Positions 29,176 through 35,517 of a stretch of DNA of 35,517 bases are shown piece after piece. How positions within the stretch are numbered: position 1 is the stretch's first letter; every line of letters begins with the position of its first letter. This stretch comes from an uncultured Bacteroidales bacterium. Lineage in GTDB: Bacteria > Bacteroidota > Bacteroidia > Bacteroidales > UBA1715. The position numbers and the translations under genes are program-made. The notes beneath the pieces were generated by a model. It had not been told where the DNA came from, ran no database searches, and worked only from the letters and a program-made list of their open reading frames with translations. The stretch is from NCBI GenBank assembly GCA_964558075.1, contig CAZLCY010000005.1, positions 1-35,517 of the forward strand. The letters run 5' to 3'.

Positions 29176-30894
29176 ATGAAATATATATATATCATTTTGT
29201 GTTTGATTTTTTATATGGTGTCATCGGCATTTTCGCAGGGCTGCACATATAGTGTAAATATTCAGGCGACTCATGTTGCGTGCTATGGTGATTTTACCGG
29301 TAGTGCAATTGCTCAGCCGCAACCCGCAGGGTCGTATACTTATGTGTGGTCAACCGGAGAAACTTCGCAGGGTATAGAACATTTACAGGCTCAAACATAT
29401 TTTGTAAAAGTGACGGATTCGAAAGGTTGCGAAATTATTGAGTTTATTACCATAACACAACCGCCAAAACTCGAAGTATCTGCCGAAATTATTGAGCCGA
29501 AATGTTTTAATGAAAATTCCGGTTCGGTATCTCTTTCTGTATCCGGAGGGGTTGAACCCTATGCGTATAATTGGAGTAATAATGTTACAACTGCGGAAAA
29601 TAAGAACATATATAGCGGCACATATTCAGTTACGGTTACTGATGATAATTTTTGTGAAATAACCGAATCGTATACCTTAAATCAACCGGATAGAATTGTA
29701 ACGTCTGCGGTGGTTGAAAATGTTCGCGGATATGGTTTGTCAGACGGTTCTATAGATATTACTACTGAAGGCGGAGAACATCCGTATACCTATGAATGGT
29801 CAAATACAAGCGGTTTTTCTGGTTCTACGGAAGATGTGTATCTTATACCATCAGATACGTATTCGCTTACTATTTTTGATACAAATATGTGTCAATATGA
29901 TACGTCTATTTTTGTATCGCAACCTCCTCCGCTCGAAATGACGAGCACAATAACCGATGTGTATTGTTATGATAATAGTGATGGATCTGTTGAGGTTTCA
30001 GTTTCGGGTGGCGTACCTCCGTATACTTATGTATGGGAAGATTCGGCAAAAAAATTGAATAATTCAACTGAAACTTTACGTTCTGTACCAACAGGTTATT
30101 ATTATGTCACGGCAACAGATAATAATCAAATTTCGGTTTCAGATTCGTTTTTTGTTGATCAGCCCAATGAAATTGTTGCATACATCGAAACGGTAGATGC
30201 ATATTGTTTTGATTCACTCAACGGACATGCCTATCTCTCTGTATCGGGTGGTATGCCGCCATATACATATGTTTGGTCGAATGGGATAAAAACACAGAAT
30301 AATCAATATATTCATGCCGGGGATTATTCAGTAGAAATTGTTGATATGAACGGATGTTTCCGACGTATGGAGGCTACCGTAGAGCAGCCTGATAGTATTG
30401 AAATACACACACAAGTTCGGCATATTACCTGTAAAGATCATCATAATGGTATTATTACCACAGATGTTGAAGGAGGTATCCCGCCGTATTCATATAATTG
30501 GTCTAACGGAAAAACAGATGAGTATATTGATATGCTCGATGTCGGAAAATACACGGTTACGGTTACAGATGCTCATAATTGTCCGATGTCGGTTACCAAA
30601 GAGGTGCGGATACCGATAAACGGCTGTATTTCAATACCAAATGCTTTTACACCAAACGGTGATAATTATAATGATGTCTGGGAAATAGAAAATTATTACC
30701 TCTATCCCGATATTGAAGTTCTTGTGTATAATAAAGACGGGCATGTGGTTTTTGAGAGTATCGGGTATCATGAAAGTTGGAACGGAACATATAACAATAC
30801 CGGAAATAACAGTCCGTCCGGAACATATTATTATGTGGTGAATTTGCATAATGGAGATCCCATATATAAAGGAATTGTAACACTTATGAGATAA
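29176..30894 (+). CDS. SprB-repeat protein with T9SS type B C-terminal domain
   Basis: Signal peptide, six SprB-like repeats, IPNAFTPNGDNYND...GTYYY...VTLMR. Confidence 0.9.
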   Translation: MKYIYIILCLIFYMVSSAFSQGCTYSVNIQATHVACYGDFTGSAIAQPQPAGSYTYVWSTGETSQGIEHLQAQTYFVKVTDSKGCEIIEFITITQPPKLEVSAEIIEPKCFNENSGSVSLSVSGGVEPYAYNWSNNVTTAENKNIYSGTYSVTVTDDNFCEITESYTLNQPDRIVTSAVVENVRGYGLSDGSIDITTEGGEHPYTYEWSNTSGFSGSTEDVYLIPSDTYSLTIFDTNMCQYDTSIFVSQPPPLEMTSTITDVYCYDNSDGSVEVSVSGGVPPYTYVWEDSAKKLNNSTETLRSVPTGYYYVTATDNNQISVSDSFFVDQPNEIVAYIETVDAYCFDSLNGHAYLSVSGGMPPYTYVWSNGIKTQNNQYIHAGDYSVEIVDMNGCFRRMEATVEQPDSIEIHTQVRHITCKDHHNGIITTDVEGGIPPYSYNWSNGKTDEYIDMLDVGKYTVTVTDAHNCPMSVTKEVRIPINGCISIPNAFTPNGDNYNDVWEIENYYLYPDIEVLVYNKDGHVVFESIGYHESWNGTYNNTGNNSPSGTYYYVVNLHNGDPIYKGIVTLMR

Positions 30895-30900
30895 TAACAT

Positions 30901-31833
30901 ATGAAAAAAGTATTAGTAATTATTATCAGTTTGTTGAGTATACATATAGTGTGTGCTCAACAATTTTCGGCAAACACTCTGTATGATTGGAATAAGATTG
31001 TAAGAAATCCTGCTTTTGCGGGCACGTCAAACACAACAGACATTTCGTTTCAAATGCGTCAGCAATGGCTTGGTTTTGAAGACTCTCCGCGAAATCAATA
31101 CATAACCACACAGAGTTTATTGAAAAATGGTATAGGTGTTGGCGGTGTATTGTTTAACAATTCTACCGGTCCCACAAAACAGACCGGTATAAAAGCTGCT
31201 TTTGCAAAACATATAAAGTTAACTCCCGATACCTGGTTGTCTTTATCTTTGAGTTTTGATATTTATCAAAATTATTACGATAAATCGCGGCTGCACACCG
31301 GGTTGCCCAACGACCCTGCAATAGAAGAATCATTGTACGGACAAAAATTAGCTCCCGATGCTTCATTTGGTGCAGTGTATTTTTCTGATTATTATTATGC
31401 CGGTTTTTCTGTCAGCAACATTACTGAATCAAAATATGATTTATTTACCACTAATTCCGATTTTAGTAATCCCATTTCGCGTACGTACTTTCTCATGGCG
31501 GGATATTCATTAGAAATTGATGAAGAATTTTTTTACAAACCATCATGTGTGCTCACAAAAACCGGCGGCTTACCATTGGAATTCGATATGGCTCACAAAG
31601 TGTCTTATAAAGCATTAATAGCCGGCTTGTCGTATCGGTCAAATAATGATGTGAGCATTATGTTAGGTACACATTTCGCAGAATTTTACGAAATAGTATA
31701 TGCCTACGATTATGCAATAAATACCTTGGGTGAATATTCAACCGGTAATCATGAAGTTGTACTCAAATTTGCTATACCAAATAAAAACAAAAATAAAGGA
31801 AAAGAAGGACGACGTATGGATGTGTTGTGGTAA
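30901..31833 (+). CDS. PorP/SprF family T9SS outer-membrane beta-barrel
   Basis: NPAFAG, RQQWLGF..SP, YAYDY, GNHEV; directly downstream of type B CTD genes. Confidence 0.88.
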   Translation: MKKVLVIIISLLSIHIVCAQQFSANTLYDWNKIVRNPAFAGTSNTTDISFQMRQQWLGFEDSPRNQYITTQSLLKNGIGVGGVLFNNSTGPTKQTGIKAAFAKHIKLTPDTWLSLSLSFDIYQNYYDKSRLHTGLPNDPAIEESLYGQKLAPDASFGAVYFSDYYYAGFSVSNITESKYDLFTTNSDFSNPISRTYFLMAGYSLEIDEEFFYKPSCVLTKTGGLPLEFDMAHKVSYKALIAGLSYRSNNDVSIMLGTHFAEFYEIVYAYDYAINTLGEYSTGNHEVVLKFAIPNKNKNKGKEGRRMDVLW

Positions 31834-32018
31834 AAATACCACAACACAGGTATATAAACAAACTCTGTGACTCCTTAAAATTCTAAAACAGTTTTTTTTG
31901 TTATTTTGTGTGCAAAACAAAACCGTTCAGCCACTTGCAATATTTTTTTCACAAAACAATAAGATTGCATTATTGATACTCCACATTTTTTATCTTTGTA
32001 CAATTAAATTAAAAAAAT

Positions 32019-33464
32019 GTGAAGCGTACCTTTTTAGTAAATTTAGCATTACTGGTTTTTTTAAATCTATTAATTAAACCATTTTGGATTTTTGGGATAG
32101 ACCGTACTGTACAAAATACTGTCGGAACGGGTAATTATGGTTTGTATGCCTCGCTTTTTAGCTTATCGATTATGCTCAATATTTTGTTGGATATGGGAAT
32201 TACCAATTTCAACAATAAAAATATTGCTCAACACAATCAATTATTGCAAAAATATTTCTCGAATGCCATTGTTCTGAAATTTTTCCTGGGGATTGTATAT
32301 TTTATTATTGCACTTATTATCGGGTTCTTTCTCGGTTTTTCATCACATAAATTTTACCTATTTTCATTCCTGATTTTCAATCAATTTCTTCTTTCATTAA
32401 TTCTCTATGTTCGTTCAAATATTTCGGGTTTACATATGTACAAAACCGACAGCATAATTTCGGTCGTCGACCGTTCATTAATGATACTTTTCTGCGGCTT
32501 TTTACTCCTTACTCGTCGCGACGAGTTTGTCATAGAATGGTTTATTTACGCACAAACGCTTTCGTACAGCATCACCTTTCTCATTTCATTTTTTATAGTG
32601 TATAGAAAAATCAACATATTCCGCATTCGGTTTAATTACCGCTTTCTCATTATCATTCTCAAACAAAGCTACCCTTACGCTTTACTGGTTTTGCTCATGG
32701 GACTCTACACCCGCATGGATATGGTGATGATAGAAACCATGCTTCCGGACGGGGATCTCCAAGCCGGAATATATGCCCAAGCTTTCCGGGTATTAGATGC
32801 TGTTTCTATGTTTGCTTTTCTTTTTGCCGGACTGCTCTTACCCATGTTTTCGAAAATGATACAGCAAAAAGAATCTGTAGCTCAACTCATAAAACTCTCC
32901 TTTTTACTTATCATTACCCCGACACTGGTATTTGTAATAGGCACAATTTTTTACGGTTGGGAACTTATGAAACTTATGTATACCGAACACTACGACGAAT
33001 CGACACATATTTTTAAAGTACTCATATTAGGGTTTATTCCCATTGCCACATCATATATTTTCGGCACACTGCTAACCGCAAATAATAATATAAAACAACT
33101 GAATATTGTCGCCGGCATTGGACTCACCCTTAATTTTACGGTAAACATGCTACTTATCCCCCATTATGGTGGATATGGTGCGGCAATTGCCAGTTTAGGC
33201 ACCTTGTCGCTTACCAGTATTTCACAAATTTTTATTGCAAAAAAGGTATTTTCATTTCACATACATTACCCCACAATTCTCACATTAATAGCATTTACCA
33301 CATCTGTTGTTTTGGCATATTCATTCCTCAAAGGCATACTGGAAAACTGGATATACAATCTTGTTTTGATTGGTATCGTGTGTATATTTTTGGCCTTTGC
33401 CACGGGTTTATTCCGCATTCGGGAACTGATTCAGATATTGAAGAAGGATATTGTGGAGGAGTGA
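32019..33464 (+). CDS. Oligosaccharide flippase (Wzx/MOP superfamily)
   Basis: About 14 hydrophobic helices, LLDMGITNF, RMDMVMI, AGIYA; -7 box TATCTTTG at 31991-31998; GTG start. Confidence 0.85.
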   Translation: MKRTFLVNLALLVFLNLLIKPFWIFGIDRTVQNTVGTGNYGLYASLFSLSIMLNILLDMGITNFNNKNIAQHNQLLQKYFSNAIVLKFFLGIVYFIIALIIGFFLGFSSHKFYLFSFLIFNQFLLSLILYVRSNISGLHMYKTDSIISVVDRSLMILFCGFLLLTRRDEFVIEWFIYAQTLSYSITFLISFFIVYRKINIFRIRFNYRFLIIILKQSYPYALLVLLMGLYTRMDMVMIETMLPDGDLQAGIYAQAFRVLDAVSMFAFLFAGLLLPMFSKMIQQKESVAQLIKLSFLLIITPTLVFVIGTIFYGWELMKLMYTEHYDESTHIFKVLILGFIPIATSYIFGTLLTANNNIKQLNIVAGIGLTLNFTVNMLLIPHYGGYGAAIASLGTLSLTSISQIFIAKKVFSFHIHYPTILTLIAFTTSVVLAYSFLKGILENWIYNLVLIGIVCIFLAFATGLFRIRELIQILKKDIVEE

Positions 33465-33533
33465 TAATTATAATCAATGTTTCAACGAAAAAATTCATAT
33501 AATTGAAAACATAAAGTTACGTAATACGGAAAC

Positions 33534-34103
33534 TTACACCTTCCTCGCAACAACCACAAAATTATCCACCACCTCCGGGAACATATCATGAATAGAAAAG
33601 CCAGACTGTATTAATTCTTCACATAATTGTTCAATAGTATAGCGAATAGAAATGTCGGGACCTCTCTTTGAATCAGTTTTTCGCCAATCAGAAATCACGA
33701 AAAATCCTCCCGGCTTCAGTAACCGTTTCCACTCTTTTATATTATCTATTGGCTGGTCAAATTCATGATGAACATTAACGGTAAAAAGCAGATCTGCTGT
33801 TTCGCTTATAAGCGGTATATTAATTTCTTCGGTCTGAACCGGGACAATTGACGAGTATTGCGGCACAACATGTTCGGTAATCCAATCAATCATAACAGGC
33901 GAAATATCGCAGGCGGAAATACGTGTTCCGGGAAATTGCTCTGCACACGCAATACTAAACAATCCGCTTCCTGCACCAACATCTATTATATGTGTTGGAC
34001 TATACAATTTAGTTGATTCTACAACACGTGCAATAGGGAACAACTGCAAACGCTCAGAATTGTTGAGCATTGCCAATTTTTCAGGATTAAACTTTTTTTC
34101 CAC
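33534..34103 (-). CDS. Class I SAM-dependent methyltransferase
   Basis: IIDVGAGSG motif I, DISP, HHE, LKPGG. Confidence 0.85.
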   Translation of the reverse strand: MEKKFNPEKLAMLNNSERLQLFPIARVVESTKLYSPTHIIDVGAGSGLFSIACAEQFPGTRISACDISPVMIDWITEHVVPQYSSIVPVQTEEINIPLISETADLLFTVNVHHEFDQPIDNIKEWKRLLKPGGFFVISDWRKTDSKRGPDISIRYTIEQLCEELIQSGFSIHDMFPEVVDNFVVVARKV

Positions 34104-34109
34104 AATATA

Positions 34110-34328
34110 CTATTTCTCCGATGATTTTTCTCGCGGGCAAGTCTGTATTCCCAGAACTGAGTACAAGGGACAATATTTAATAACACTTGTTACAAATAAA
34201 ATAGCTGCAATAGCTGTGGTCACAATCCACCAATTGCCGGGAACAATATTGAAAACCCCGGCAAATAAAAGCAGAGCAGCAATTACTATGCGGATATACG
34301 CATCTTTTTTTCCTACATTTGTTTTCAT
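34110..34328 (-). CDS. DUF2892 (YgaP-like) small membrane protein
   Basis: NVG..D..IR, two TM helices, YCPLYSVLGIQTC. Confidence 0.85.
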   Translation of the reverse strand: MKTNVGKKDAYIRIVIAALLLFAGVFNIVPGNWWIVTTAIAAILFVTSVIKYCPLYSVLGIQTCPREKSSEK

Positions 34329-34407
34329 ACCTTATATTTTATATGTTTGTTTGTTAAGTCGTAAGATATAAAGAAAAATTACAGATTCAAATTTTTAAAA
34401 GAAACTA

Positions 34408-34905
34408 CTTTAAATCCGCAACAAAAATTTAATAAAGGTAAATTGCATAACCGATTGGGAAACTGCTTTCATCGGGCTTAAAGAATACCAAATTGCATCA
34501 ATACAGTACGCTCCATTTGGATGGAAAAAATCATATCGCTATGTGGTATCAAGAGAAAAAATACTGATGGACAAGGTGATTTATTTACCAGTAATAATTT
34601 TACTTATCGAGCTATAATGACAAATAATACCAAAATGTCTGATCTTGAAATTATCGAATTTTTTAACAAAAGAGGCGACAGTGAACGGTTGTTTGATGAA
34701 ATGAATAATGATTTCTTATGGGAAAAATGCCATTTTCTTTTTTTTCTTATTATAAAACTCTGGAAAAAAGCGTTTTACCACTTGCGAACATAATCTTTTC
34801 TTTCAGCATGGTCAAAAAATGAGGGTACTCGAGTAAAAATTTAACTACTTGTAAAACTAAAATCTGCTATTGTACAAACAAAATTTTTTAACTGCGGATT
34901 TTAGG
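34408..34905 (+). mobile_element. Internally deleted IS1380-family element with frameshifted transposase fragment
   Basis: Inverted ends CTTTAAATCCGCA / TGCGGATTTTAGG (11/13 match); fragment ...YRYVVSREK/(frameshift) GQGDLF...YRAIMTN...FFNKRGDSERLFDEMNNDF.W. Confidence 0.75.
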
Positions 34906-34932
34906 AGATATAAAAATGCGCTTCGAATACTC

Positions 34933-35517
34933 TTATTCCAAATTAAAAATACCTCTAAGTTCCGTATTTGACAAATTACCTATCCAGTTTTCGCCGGTAG
35001 AAACAGTCATTTCGGCCAAAGCTTTTTTCTGCTGAATCATTTCATTTATACGCTCCTCAAAGGTGTTTTTGGTAATAAAGCGATGAACCATTACATTATT
35101 TTTCTGACCTATACGATAAGCACGATCTGTTGCCTGCGCTTCCACAGCCGGATTCCACCATAAATCATAATGAATCACATGACTCGCAGCCGTAAGATTA
35201 AGTCCGGTACCTGCAGCTTTAAGCGAAAGAAGAAATATTTTGTCGGCATGATTCGTCTGAAAACGCTCAACCATTTCTTTTCGTTGTTTGAGGCTGCACC
35301 CACCATGATAATAAAGAGGCTTATCACGATAACGTTCCTCAATAAAATGCTCTAAGAGTTTTGCCATTTCGGTAAACTGGGTAAAAATCAGTACTTTTTC
35401 ATTACTTTCCACAATACTGTCAAGTTTATCAAACAACAAATCGATTTTACCGCTCAATAAGGCGTTTCTATCGCCATTTTTCAAAAACTGAGCAGGATGA
35501 TTACATACTTGTTTCAA
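34933..35517 (-). CDS. SNF2-family helicase, C-terminal part (5' end outside the window)
   Basis: SGK, VLIFTQF, SLKAAGTGLNLT, DLWWNPAVEAQATDRAYRIGQ. Confidence 0.92.
   Translation of the reverse strand: MKQVCNHPAQFLKNGDRNALLSGKIDLLFDKLDSIVESNEKVLIFTQFTEMAKLLEHFIEERYRDKPLYYHGGCSLKQRKEMVERFQTNHADKIFLLSLKAAGTGLNLTAASHVIHYDLWWNPAVEAQATDRAYRIGQKNNVMVHRFITKNTFEERINEMIQQKKALAEMTVSTGENWIGNLSNTELRGIFNLE

Noticed and set aside
32400-33464. Apparent C-rich skew in the flippase gene as a sign of foreign origin
   Set aside because: Could not be quantified by eye and may reflect hydrophobic amino-acid composition

Overview
AT-rich Bacteroidota (probably Bacteroidales-like) chromosomal segment. The assignment rests on TAnnTTTG -7 promoter boxes ahead of most genes and on T9SS cargo plus a PorP/SprF gene. 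The backbone is housekeeping: wbpD/wbpE-like sugar genes, sufT/sufE, folB, glnS, tRNA-Arg(TCG), a GT4, an amidohydrolase, ribE, comF, gap, class I fumarase, mscS, mltF-like, three large T9SS proteins with PorP/SprF, a flippase, a SAM methyltransferase and a SNF2 helicase end. The most unusual part is 10364-13794. Three direct copies of a ~100-180 bp non-coding repeat bracket two accessory, defence-type cassettes: an Eco47II-like restriction-modification pair and a polyvalent-protein kinase gene with one internal stop. The longer repeat copies end in a promoter-like box facing the cassette. Copy 2 is followed by a palindromic operator and a 10-codon stub resembling a Fic protein N-terminus that is cut off by the RM module. 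This looks like a repeat-delimited cassette array with no recombinase in the window. The window also holds a three-copy TA-flanked MITE-like family, a REP-like palindrome and an internally deleted IS1380-family element. All family assignments come from reading motifs by eye; no database searches were run.
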